Made by a program: the position numbers and the translations under genes. 64,000 nt of DNA from Mustelus asterias (Eukaryota), in NCBI RefSeq assembly GCF_964213995.1, contig NC_135815.1:49786001-49850000 (forward strand). The letters are read 5' to 3'. Of this stretch, positions 51,165 through 64,000 are shown one piece after another. The notes beneath the pieces are model-generated. The model searched no databases. It worked only from the letters and a program-made list of their open reading frames with translations, and was not told where the DNA came from. Position 1 is the first letter of the stretch. Every line of letters starts with the position of its first letter.

Positions 51165-52658
51165 TAGGATTGATGCAGGCCCATATTCATAGGCCCTTCA
51201 TCTAAGTCATTTATATAAATTGTAAAAGTTGAGACCTCAGCACTGATCCCTGTGCCAACCAGAAAAGGGCCCATTTATGTCAACTCTGTATCCTGTTAGC
51301 TAGCCAACTTCTATCCATGCCAATATATAACCCTCGACACCGTGAGCTTTTATTTTCTATAATAACCTGTGATGTGGCACCTTATGGAAATCTAACTACA
51401 GTACATCCACCAGTTCCCCTTTATTCACAGCATGTGATTGTTCAAACAACTCTAATAAATTGGTTAGATATGATTCACAAAATCATGTTGACTCTGCCTG
51501 ATTGCTTTGAAGTTTTCTAAGTGGCCTGCTATAACATCTTTAAGAATGGCTCCTAACATTTTCCCTATGATAGATGTTAGGCTAACTGACCTCTTGTTTC
51601 CTGCTTTCTGTCTCCCTCCCTTTCTGAGAAGAGTTACATTTACTATCTTCCAATTTAATGGAATCTTCCCGAATCTAGGGAATTTTGGAAAATTAAGACC
51701 AATGCATCAACTCTCTCATTAGCCACTTCTTTCAAGATCTTAAGGTGAAGTCCATCCGGACCCAGGTATGTATCAGCCCACAGCCCCAACAAGTTGCTCA
51801 TACAACTTCGCTGGAGATTGTAATTTTCCAGAGTTCCTCCCTCCCTTCCATTTCCTTATTTACAGCTATTTCTGGCATGCTACTTGTGTCCTCCATGGTG
51901 AAGACTGATGCAAAATACCTGTTTAATTAATCCGCCATCCCTCCTTACTTTCCTTATCAATTCAAATTTGATAGTCAACTTTTTTTTAAGTTAACCACGG
52001 ATGGTGGGCCCTCACCTTGAAATTTTTATTTTCTCATTCGAATGTGTATATTTTCTGTATTCTGAAATATCTCTTTAAATGTTTGCCATTGAACCTCTCT
52101 AGACCTACCCTTTAACCACATTTGCCAGTTCACTTTGTATTTGCTAGCTCCACTTTCATACCTTCATAATTGTCCTTAAATTTAAAATACAAACCTTGGA
52201 CGCACTCTTCGCTCCCACAATTTGAATGTAAAATTCAATCATATTGTGATCTCTGTTCCCTAGAGGCACCTTCACAATGAGGTTATCAATTAATCCTATT
52301 TCATTATACAAGGAACAGCGTGCCCAATTTGGATAGTATGGCTTCTGTAGTACCGTCTCCAGCAGTGCCACAATTCCAAATTTTGTGTCCCAGTTCTTGA
52401 TTTTCTGTTTGCAATACCCAAAGAGATTGACTATTAATGATTTCAGACAAAACAACAATTAAAGAGCTGATGAAATATAATTTTTCATTGATAGACAACA
52501 AGACAAATTTGTGGCAAACCACGATATTTTCCTCCCAATGAACGATAAAGATTTATTATTGCCTTTGTAAATAAATGGAAGAATTTATTTTTGTTTTCAC
52601 CTTAAGTTTTATGACCAGTCTCTTCTTGACAATTTGTTCTTATACTACTCATTTATAG

Positions 52659-52817
<159 letters not shown>

Positions 52818-53571
52818 TAAGATACATTTTTATATGCTTTAATGTCTTTTTATGGAGCTTTATCTATCCGAATGAAAACATATCAAGTTAAAAACTGTTC
52901 TGTTTGCTATTTGACATAGACATGTGTTTAATTCTATCGATAGATTATATTAGTTATCCAAGAAAACTGTTTGCAATCTATAAGATTTGTTTAACTATTA
53001 GTACTGTAGGATATAAAGGCCTGGCAATTTGTCTGTGTAGCACCCAGTTCTTTTCATGCTGAAGAGCCTCATAAGCCCCTGTATAGTGGGCAGGCAGTAC
53101 ATGCACATTTCCCACTGAAAGTGTGCTGTCTGGCATATTGCATAAGGTCGATGAGCCGGTGGCAAAAGCACGTGTCAGAAACATTTAAAAGTAGAATCAT
53201 ATTTATTTGAATGGAATCTGCACAATGTGGACCTACCACATGCTTATCTGAATGTGCAGCTGGACGAAATAGAAGTAGGACATGGGCTTCTTCCCACTCC
53301 CAGCTATTGATTGTCCCCCAGTCTTCCCTCTTAACAATGATCGGTCACTTATTATCCCAAGTTAAACATCCCTGGTACCGTAATTCTTTTTTCATAGCAC
53401 CTGTGCGCAATATCATTTATCAATTGATGTGCCATTCTTTGTACTTCCTGGAAGGCAAGGATGATCGCCACATGGTACATTGTTCAGAAATGGACATAAT
53501 ACTCAATGTGAGGTGCTTATATTTAGCAACTCTCAAGAAGTATGACATTTTATGTTTGATTATATTTGCAT

Positions 53572-54076
53572 GAAAAAGTCCCAGTCTATCCAGTCTCCCC
53601 TTATGACTCAAACCATCAAGCCCCCGTAGCATCCTAGTAAATCTTTTCTGCACTCTTTCTAGTTTAATAATATCCTTTCTACAATAGGGTGACCAGAACT
53701 GTACAGTATTGCAAGTATAGCCTTACCAATGTCTTGTACAACTTCAACAAGATGTCCCAACTCTTGTATTCAATGTTTTGACCAATGAAACCAAGCATGC
53801 CGAATGCCTTCTTCACCACTCTGTCCACCTGTGACTCCACTTTCAAGGAACTATGAACCTGTACCCCTAGATCTCTTTGTTTTATAACTCTCCCCAACAC
53901 CCTACATTAACTGAGCAAGTCCTGCCCTGGTTCTATCAAAATGCATCACCACACATTTATCTAAATTAAACTCCATCTGCCATTCGTCAGCCCACTGGTC
54001 CAATTGATCAAGATCCCTTTGCAATCCTAGATAACATTCTTCACTGTCCATTATGCATCTGCAAACTTACTAACCA
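53572..54076 (-). mobile_element. CR1 internal RT fragment, same subfamily as 4800-5959
   Basis: QRDLGVQVHSSLKVESQVDRVVKKAFGMLGFIGQNIEY, nearly identical to the 5128 ORF. Confidence 0.92.
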
Positions 54077-54709
54077 ATCATTAACAATTTTAAATACATA
54101 GCAAGGTTCATCCTGGGAAAACACTGTCGATATTGCAAAATGCATTATGCATTAGATGTAGGATCATCAATGCCTGGGTTTCCTAAACGTATATCCAGCC
54201 GGTGAGGTTCCAGCCATCAGCAGAACTTAGTAAAAATTAACCTAATGCCATACAGTACTATAACTGAAATATTAATTAGAGAAAATATGGTTTGGTCCTA
54301 TTTTTATTATGTGGTCAGGTTCAGCAACCTCCCTCTCATGTCTGTTAAATTGTTTTATTAAATACACAATTATGAAGTGAATTGTGAAGTTTGATGAAAC
54401 TCCTAATATGGGGTCAAAAATAGTAAATGTAAATCAATAATCAATAAATCACGTACATTTGAAAATGAATGCAAATAATTAATCTAGACAGGTACATTAT
54501 TATACAGAAGGTTACAAGAATGACTAATTCTGGAAAAGCATAGCCATTCCTCTGAATATAAATTCATATGCATATAAACCACAGGAATAGAATCAGTTTC
54601 AAAGTTGTGTTTGTGATTTATTGAATGCAGGTGACAATTCATTATATTATTAATCTAACATGAAGAAGAAGTGTTAAAATAATTTGCATTTTATAGTAAA
54701 ACTGATTAA

Positions 54710-54877
<168 letters not shown>

Positions 54878-55404
54878 TAAAGTCTTTGCAATTAGATTTA
54901 TTCAAATAATTCTGACTCTACAAAAAAATGTTTAAAAGCCGTTGAGATTTTATGAGGTGTAATTTATTTTCAGAAGAAAAGGAAATCGAATTGCATAGGA
55001 AATAGGCAGTTGATTCACTATCACCGCTTTTGTGCTGCCGCACCTTGATGAATTTCACCCTCTGCTGTGATATCACAATAAGAAACCTTCAATTTAGTGA
55101 TTACATTTTTCACAGGACGAATATAAAATTGAAGTAACGATTAAAATTCTGGGGGTAAATGGTTAAGAATAGTTACAAAATTCTACTTCATCTCTATTTG
55201 CAATGCACAAAAATGTATTATTCCAATTATTCCAAATTGTTGATGGACATGCATCATGGAATTATTGCAAAACTGTGAGCAGAATTCTCCCATGGGTTCA
55301 ATGTTGAGCAGTGGGGGAAGAATTCAGTGGGAGGCCCAAAATCCAACATGAATTTCCTGCAAGATCTTCTGCTGGTGCCCACCATGGCGGATCAGGAATC
55401 CCGA

Positions 55405-56550
55405 GGGTTCAACATTGGGACTCTTGCTCTTCCTGATTTATATTAATGACCCAGACTGTGGTGTGCAGGGTATGATTTCAAAATTTGCAGCTGATACAAA
55501 GATTTGGAGCATTGCCAACTATGTTGAGGATATTCTTGTACTTAAAAAGGACAGACATATTGGTGAAGTGGGCAGACAAGTGGCAGATGGAATTCAATGC
55601 AGAGAAGTCAGAGGTGATTCATTTTGGCAAGAAGAATGTGGAGAGACAGTATGAAATAAACTCCAAGGAAAGTGCAGAAAATAAGAGACCTTGGCATAAA
55701 GTAAATAAAGTTGCCATAGTCTGTGAAGACCATTGGCTGCTCTCCCCTTTGAGAAAGAGAGCTGACTGGTGGTGATTTAATCTGAAAGTCACCGCATTCA
55801 GGGGAGGAGAAAGGTTAAGAAGGTGGGGCCTCCATGAAAACTTCAACCAGTATGGGAATTGAACCCGCACTGTTGGTGTTGCTCTGCATCACTAAGCTGT
55901 TGTCCAGCCAAGTGAGCTGAAGGTGGCACTGCATATTGAGAGAACAGTTAATAAAGCACATAGTATCCTAGGTTTTATTAATAGGAGAATTGAATACAAG
56001 AATGAGGAGGTCATGTTGAACTTATATACAACACGAGTTAGGCCTCATTTGGAATACTGTGTCCAGTTCTGGACACCCTATTTGAGGAAGGTTGTGAAGG
56101 TGTCGGAGACAGCATAGAGTGATTCACAAGAATTATTCCAGGGATTAACAACTGTGGCTATTAGGATAGATTGGGAAGATTAGATCTGCCTTCCTTGAAG
56201 AAAAGGCGGCTGAGATGAGACTTTACAGAATTATTCAAGATCCTGAGGGGAATGGACAGGGTAAACATTGAGGAACTGTTCCCTCTCAAGAGTACATAAG
56301 GACACATTCAAAATAATGGGCAAAAGGAGTAGAAATGATGTGAGGAAAGGTTTTTTTACTTAGAGGTTAGAGTCTGAATGAACTTCGAGAGGGTGATGGA
56401 GGCAAGTTCTATCAAGGTATTCAAAAGGGAATTGGATTTCCATTTGAAGTAATGTGCAAGGTTACGGGATGAACTAGAATGGTCTTTCAGAAAACCAGTG
56501 TAAACTCGATAGGCCGATGGCTTCCTTCTGCACTGTAAAGATTCTGTGAT
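55405..56550 (+). mobile_element. Degraded CR1 3' portion with inserted SINE
   Basis: LLFLIYIND..SKFAADTK, WQMEFNAEK, RPHLEYCVQFW; 3' tail near 56550. Confidence 0.88.
55697..55918 (-). mobile_element. tRNA-derived SINE
   Basis: Minus strand AGCTCACTTGG (A-box-like) and GGGTTCAATTCC (B-box-like); interrupts the CR1. Confidence 0.7.
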
Positions 56551-57581
56551 TTTGTAGACAAAGTGCTACAATTGCAACCAATTTCATGGTGATTCCTTTA
56601 GAGTTACCTGTGTAAAAACATAAGAAATAGCAACAAGAGTGGACCTCACAACGAGTTGAACCTCCTTGTGCCATTCAGTAGGATCTCATTGCTAATCTTC
56701 AGTTTCAACTTCACTTTCCTGTCCACTCCCCATACCTGCTGATTCTTTAAGAGACCAAAGTATAGAGACAAAGAATTGGGAAAGTGCAGGAATCTTAACA
56801 ATGGACTCAAAAAATACTGGGCTAAATGGCAGGGTGTTGTTTCTGGTGAGAAAACCAGAGAAACAGATCAGTTTTCTCCCCAGATCTTACGACACACTGC
56901 CAAAACAAAATCAAGGTGGTGTGTTTCACACAGTCATACTGGGGTGGGGGGGGGTCGGAGCCTAAACACACCATAAAACCCAGCTGCGCAGAGATCAGGG
57001 TATCCTGATCATAACCTGTTTAAACTTCCCCCAGAGTAGAACAGAGGTCTCAGGGGCTCCCCTGTCCAACCATGATCAGAGTCGGCCCCATCCCCCCCAC
57101 TACAGTCAGTGGCCCCCTTCTCTTCCCCCAACCCCCCACTTCCAATCATCAGCCCCTTCTCTTCAACAGTCTGAGTCGGCAAAGTGGTCTGTAGTTGGGA
57201 GGGAGTTGCTGTGGGAGTCCTCAACATTTATTCCGGATCCCATGATATGTCATACATCAGATCAAACATGGGCAAAGAAACCCCTTGCTTATTACCAAAT
57301 ACCAGTGGTAGAAAAGGGAAAAGTAGAATTTTTAGTTGCATAAGGATATGTTCATGGATTTATGAGAAAAAGTTGGCCAGAATTTTCAGGATGGCAAGTG
57401 CTCATCACCTGCCATCCTGGGATACGGTGTTATACCCATCCACTCAGACCCCGACATTGATTGGCAGCAGGCAGGACTTCCATCCACTCTTGGAAGGAAG
57501 TCCCACCTTGGAAAGCTGTTGGCAAATCAGATTGCCACCCCATCATGACCCCCTTCGTGATCCAACCCTGCACAACCCTTC

Positions 57582-58692
57582 TTGATTTGATTTATTATTG
57601 TCACATGTATTAACATAGTGAAAAGTATTGTTTCTTGCGTGCTATACAGACAAAACATACCATTCATAGAGAAGAAAACGAGAGAGTGCAGAATGTAGTG
57701 TTAGTCATGGCTAGGGTGCAGAGAAAGATCAACTTAATGCAAGATAAGTCCATTCAAAAGTCTGACAGCAGCAGGGAAGAAGCTGTTCTTGAGTTGGTTG
57801 GTACGTGACCTCAGACTTTTGTATCTTTTTCCCAAAGGAAGGTGGAAGAGAGAATGTCGAGGGTGCGTGGGGTCCTTAATTATGCTGGCTGCTTTGCCGA
57901 GGCAGCGGGAAATGTAGACAGAGTCAATGGAAGGGAGACTGGTTTGGGCTACATTCACGGCCTTTTGTAATTCTTTGTAGTCTTGGGCAGAGCAGGAGCC
58001 ATACCAAGCTGTGATGCAACCAGAAAGAATGCTTTCTATGGTGCATCTGTAAAAGTTGGAGAGAGTCGTAGCTGACATGCCAAATTTCCTTAGTCTTCTG
58101 AGAAAGTAGAGGTGTTGGTGGGCTTTCTTAACTATAGTGTCAGCATGGGGGACCAGGACAGGTTGTTGGTGATCTGGACACCTAAAAACTTGAAGCTCGC
58201 GACCCTTTCTACTTTGTCCCCATTGATGTAGACAGGGGCATGTTCTCCTTTATGCTTCCTGAAGTCGATGATAATCTCCTTCATTTTGATGACATGGAAG
58301 GAGAGATTATTGTCACCACACTAGTTCACCAGATTATCTATCTCATTCCTGTATTCTGTCTCGTCATTGTTTGAGATCCGACCCACTACGGTGGTGTCGT
58401 CAGCAAACTTGAAAATCGAATTGGAGGGGAATTTGGCCACACAGTCATAGGTGTATAAGGAGAATAGTAGGGGGCTGAGAACACAGCCCTGTGGGGCACT
58501 GGTGTTGAGGATGATCGTGGAGGTGTTGTTGTTGCCTATCATTACTGATTGTGGTTTAAGTTCAGGATCCAGTCGCAGAGGGAGGTACCAAAGCCCAGGC
58601 CACAGAGTTTGGAGATAAGTTTCGTGGAAATAATAGCATTGAAGGCTGAGCTGTAGTCAATAAATAGGAGTCTGACATGTGTGTTTTTGTTC
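57582..58692 (-). mobile_element. 5'-truncated Rex1/Babar LINE
   Basis: APQGCVLSPLLFSLYT, FKFADDTTVVG, FYRCTIESILSGCITAWYG; (ATCAA)n tail. Confidence 0.92.
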
Positions 58693-59373
58693 CGCATAGC
58701 CCCCCCCCCGCCACCAACCCATCCAGGCTCGACGCCCCAGCACTGCCCCAAGAGTAGCTGATGTCTGCTACCGAGTCCGCTGCTGTGGTGTCTGATGGGC
58801 ACTGCCAGGTGGGCACTGTCCAGCCAGGCTCTTGACTGCAGACCAATAACGATTCACACCAAGACATCTTGCTGGAGATGGGAAGCATGCGTTCCGGACT
58901 TCCTAATGATATTGAAATATAAATCAATCTCATGTTAATAAGCTTTCTGCCCTTTCTGGGTGCAAAGCAATTTGCGCCATTCCAAGGGGCAAGATAGCAA
59001 ATCTTTTGCGCCAGGCACAAATCGGATTTTTAGCTACACCGCTATTTGTAGCCAGGATAGAGAACACACTTCTGTTTTTAAGGACTCCTTAGTTCAAGTT
59101 AACCACAAAATGAAGTTCTCTACAACAACAATCTACCTTTGCCCAAGTCTCAAAATAGCTGTGCCTATTGTACTAGAATTCAGGCCGCCTTAAAATATGT
59201 TGCATCTGCCACTTATTTATTGCTCGATACATTAAAAAAGGCACCTCACTATTCAAACAACAAAATCTTAATCTGTGCAATGCTATGTGATTTGTTTTTA
59301 CTTTAGACCTTCAGCATTTTTGTAGATATTTCTTTGCATTTTACACTGCTTACTTCCTAATAATTATTGTTGA

Positions 59374-59583
<210 letters not shown>

Positions 59584-60011
59584 TAAAAAAAAGCAGCATT
59601 CCTAAATATTGCTGATTTTCTGCCTTCAAAAGAAGTTAAATATAATACTGAAATAGAAAAAGGAAAATGCTGGCAGTACTCAGCAAATCAGTTAGAATCT
59701 GTGGAGAGAGAACCAAAGTTAACAGGGAGAATTTCCCCCCAAAAATTGTAAGTTGCATAACAGCGTGTAAACAGGGGTCCTCCATGTTGGTCTTTTGTGC
59801 GAGTTCGGCACTGCAATCTTCCGGCACAGTGTCAGTTTTTCTGACAGCTGGGAGGTGGGGGGGGAGAAACGGAGCCCAAGTACACCGAGGAAGCAGCTTC
59901 AGAGTGCTTGGGCACCATTATGCAGGGCATCCCGAACTGCCAGTGAATCGGGAGGCCTCCTCATACCCCCATCACAGATATCGGACCTCTCAAGCACTGT
60001 ATGTTATCAAA

Positions 60012-60368
60012 ATGGTTTAATTGATTTATTGTCACATGTATTGGCAGACAGTGAAAAGTATTGTTCCTTGTGCACTATACAGACAAAGCATACCGCACAT
60101 AGAGAAGGAAAGGAGAGAGTGCAGAATACAGTGTTACAGTCATAGCTAGGGTGTAGAGAAAGATCAACTTAACGTGAGGGAGGTCCATTCAAAAGTCTGA
60201 TGACAGCAGGGAAGAAGCAGTTCTCGAGTTGGTTGGTACATGATCCCAGACTTTTGTATCTTTTTCCTGATGGAAGAAGGTGGAAGAGAGCATGTCCGGG
60301 ATGCGTGGGGTCTTTAATTATGATGGCTGCTTTTCCGAGGCGGCGGGACGTGTAGACTGTGTCAGTGG
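60012..60368 (-). mobile_element. Rex1/Babar 3' fragment
   Basis: KAAIIIKDPTHPGHALFHLLPSGKRYKSL plus the shared 3' UTR. Confidence 0.88.
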
Positions 60369-61402
60369 GAGATTGGTTTGAGTGATAGACAATGGCTGGA
60401 TGACTGAAAGTATCTATGCAAATAAAAGTGGGAAGAATCATAATAAAAAAAGATTTAAGACATAAGAGAGAGACAAAGAACATAATAGCTGAGACGGTGG
60501 AAGATAAAATCAGGACTGAAATGGAAACGGGGAAGTTGTGACGTGATAGCCTGAAGTAAAGAAAAACAGGCTGTTGACTTTTGCACCAGCACCATGTTCT
60601 GATGGAGTGTCTGCAGTAATTGACATCAATGAATTCAGATTTTATATTAGCCTTTCACTTCCTATGGGAAAGTAAAGACTTATAATGTATATACCAGCAT
60701 TCAGTCTTGTCTGAAGCTGAAGATTTCCCTGTCAGAGTGGGAGAGTACTACTGTGACTTCCATCTTCTCATCAGAATGGCTATCTTTGTGGTTACCTATT
60801 GATGAAGCTTCCTGTCTCAACTATTTGACTTATTGTCACATGTATTGGGATACAGTGAAAAGTTTCTTGTACTCCTTAAAATATAACAGAAACTTCAAGC
60901 ACTTGAAATATCTTTCTTTTGTGTAAATAAACATTGTGAACTTGACAAAATAGAGCAGAGAGCCAGAGCTGTCAATCAAGCAATGCTTTCCCTGGGGTGC
61001 AGCTGTTTCAACACTAATGGATATTTGGGCTCTCAGCCAAGCTTTGTTATGTGTGGGACATGGGGAGTGTGGGGGGCATAGCTTGGCATGGGGGACATGG
61101 GTAAGATTTTTTGAACTTTCATAGCCTGAACCAGCCTGCATCCTTAGATGTTACCAGTTAAAGTCTGAAACCCAAGGAATAGACTTGAGAATCTCAGAGT
61201 TGGCTCCCAGCTACCATTTTTACACTTCTACAGAGTCCCCCTGACTGCAAGAAAATCAAGTCCAGTGTCACCCTATTAATAGATAGAATCAAATCCAAAT
61301 TATGAAATTTAAAACTGCAATTTTGCAAATATAAGCATGATATGAGCTCTGTGGTATTGTAACCTATTTTAAATTGTACTCCTGAATTTTCCCCAAATAT
61401 AG

Positions 61403-61639
<237 letters not shown>

Positions 61640-62516
61640 TAGTGACATCAGAATTAACCAATTAAAAAAGTCAGCAGGAGTACAAACCCATCTTCCTATT
61701 ACACTTGGTCACCAGAATACTGATACAACACCTAAACTACCTCTTTACCAACTCAGTGCAAAGAATTCCAGACAATACCAAACATCTCAACATCATCCTG
61801 AGGTTCTCACCATCACAAATGATAACCTTTAACCAATTTGATTCACCCCCTTATGGTCTCAAGAAACAGCACCCTGATGCAGCAAGGTTTTGTCAAAATC
61901 TGACTGTAATGCAGAAGACCTAATGCAGTGCTCTAGAACTAGTCACAGCCCTCACCACACTGTTCTAGTACAGCTCCAACAATGCAAAAATGGATCCAGG
62001 TATTTTTTGACCACAAAAAGCAGGTCACATCCAACCCAGCCAATCAGCAGTATTTTACCAAGTCTGGCAGCAAGGAGACCTGAATATGGGGATCAGAGGG
62101 AAAACTCTACAGTGGCTGGAATCATAAGTGGCACAATGGAAGATGGATGTGGCTGTTGGACACCGGTCATCTCAAGCCAGGATATTTTAGCTCGTGGCCC
62201 AACTACCTTCAATTGTTTCATCAATGACTTCCTTACATCCTTCAGACTAAAATCGGCATGTTGACTGACGATTAAACAATGTTGACCCCGATTTGTAATT
62301 CATTAGATAATGGAGCAGTGCTTGCTCACATGCAGCAAGACCTGAACAACATTCAGGTTTGTGCTGATAAGTGGCAAATACCACTTGTATTACACAAATA
62401 CAGTCTCCAATAAGAGAGGATCTAATCACCTTTGCTTGACATTCAACTGTATTACCATTGCTAAGTCCCTCACCATAAACATCCTGTGGTTTACCATTGA
62501 CCTGAACCTTAACTGA

Positions 62517-63310
62517 AAATGGAATTTAATCCAGACAAATGCAAGATGATGCATTTTGGTAGATCCAATTCAGGTGGGAGCTATAAAATAAATGGCAGAA
62601 CCATCAGGAGCATAGACACACACAGAGGGATCTGGGAATACAGGGTCCACAGATCCTTGAAAGTGGCAGCACAGGTGGTAAAGGTGTTGAAGGAGGCATA
62701 TGGCGTGCTCGCCTTCATCTGGACATAGAGTATAAAAGTTGGCAAATTATGTTACAGTTATATAAAACGTTGGTTAGGCCACATTTGGAATATTGTGTCC
62801 AATTCTGGTTACCACACTACCAGAAGGACGTGGAGGCTTTGGAGAGAGTACAGAAAAGGTTTGCCAGGATGTTGCAGGGTATGGACGGTATTAGCTATGA
62901 GGAGAGATTGAATAAATTGGGATTATTCTCCCTGGAAAGACAGAGGCTGAGGGGCGACTTGATGGAAGTTTATAAAATTATATGGGGTATAGATAGGGTG
63001 AACAGTTGGAAGCTTTTTCCCCAGGGCAGAAATGACAATTACAAGGGGGCATAAGTTCAAGATAAGGGGGGAAAGATTCAGTGGAGATGTGCGGGGGAAG
63101 TTTTCTTTACACAGTGGGTGGTGGGGGCCCGGAATGCACTGCCAAGTGAAGTGGTTGAGGCAGTTATGTTAGCCACATTTAAGACTTATCTTGATAGGCA
63201 TATGAACAAACAGGGAATAGAGAGATTATAAGCAGTTGGTCTAGATAGGACAACGTGATCGGCGCAGGCTTGGAGGGCCGAGGGGTCTGTTCCTGTGCTG
63301 TTCTTTGTTT
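62517..63310 (+). mobile_element. 5'-truncated CR1 inserted in an older LINE (about 62070-63465)
   Basis: MEFNPDKC, LYKTLVRPHLEYCVQFW, RLRGDLMEVYKI; host resumes at ggactagccac. Confidence 0.9.
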
Positions 63311-63671
63311 GGACTAGCCACGTAATTACTGTAAAGACAAGAGCAGGTTTTGAAGGTTAGATGATCTGGTGTGTGACTCCCCAAAGCTTCTCCAGCATTT
63401 ACAAGGCATACATTTCTCTAGCATTTACAAGGAGTGTGATGAAAAATGCTCTACTTGCAATTTCACATGTTGTTGCAGTTTATAACAGTTAAGTTCTCTG
63501 TAGTTGACATGGGAAGACAGAACATAAGCCAGGGATGGGTAAGGACCAGGATCCAATGGGAGGAGGAAAACCCAAGTGTGGGAAAAAAAGGGAAACCATA
63601 CTCTGTACCTCTCTTATCCTATCCAAGTTCTAATTCCTTCCATCTTTAGGGGAGGAGAGGAGGGCGGAGGG

Positions 63672-64000
63672 CCAGGATGTTGCCTGGTCTGGAGGGTATT
63701 AGCTTATGAGGAAAAGTTGGATAAACTCAGTTTGTTCTCACTGGAACGACGGAGGTTGAGGGGCGACCTGATAGAGGTTTACAAAGTAATGAGTGGCATG
63801 GACAGAGTGGATAGTCAGATGCTCTTTCCTAGGATAGAAAAGTCAAGTACTAGGGGACATAGGTTTAAGATGCGTGGGGAAAAGTTCAGAAGAGATGTGC
63901 GAGGAAAGCTTTTTATACAGAGGGTGGTGAATGTCTGGAATGCACTGTCCGAGGAGGTGGTGGGAGCAGGTACTATAGCAGCATTTAAGGGGCATCTGGA
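63672..64000 (+). mobile_element. CR1 3' fragment running off the window
   Basis: RRRLRGDLIEVYKVM..SSTRGHRFKMRG. Confidence 0.9.

Larger units (their letters stand above)
47223..51180 (-). mobile_element. Near full-length degraded Rex1/Babar LINE (EN plus RT)
   Basis: EN: DLEYLTLKC.PYYL.REFTSVILTAVYIPPQA; RT: [21 protein letters not shown]; (ATCAA)n tail; apparent TSD CCATATT at 47216-47222 and 51181-51187. Confidence 0.9.
45475..52300 (-). mobile_element. CR1 LINE split into three pieces (45475-45783, 46658-47222, 51181-52300)
   Basis: Colinear CR1 3' UTR, RT and EN remnants (PLGNRDHNMIEF) resume after each insert. Confidence 0.85.

Noticed and set aside
59648-59723. Partial copy of the 43304 element as a fifth ribozyme
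   Set aside because: Similarity ends at GTTAAC before the catalytic core, where a different repeat begins.

Overview
Eukaryotic, repeat-rich intronic DNA, most likely from a shark or other cartilaginous fish (inferred from the CR1, Rex1/Babar, Penelope, Harbinger and SINE content). The window lies inside a + strand gene for echinoderm microtubule-associated protein-like 6 (EML6; WD40/HELP repeats). I can assemble 9 regular coding exons plus 3 frame-preserving microexons (15, 9 and 21 nt) into one uninterrupted reading frame of 1371 nt with consistent GT-AG phases; the gene start and end are outside the window. The microexons have UGC-containing 3' splice-site regions typical of SRRM3/4-regulated neural microexons and encode peptides matching inserts I recall from the paralog EML5. 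The introns hold nested transposons with identifiable target-site duplications (TSDs). Four minimal hammerhead-ribozyme motifs sit in Penelope-type elements, including a U3-A8 core variant in a 134-bp element and one in a 214-bp fold-back element; all four are antisense to EML6. Most ORFs in the supplied track are spurious or transposon fragments. Family and protein assignments come from recalled motifs, not database searches.
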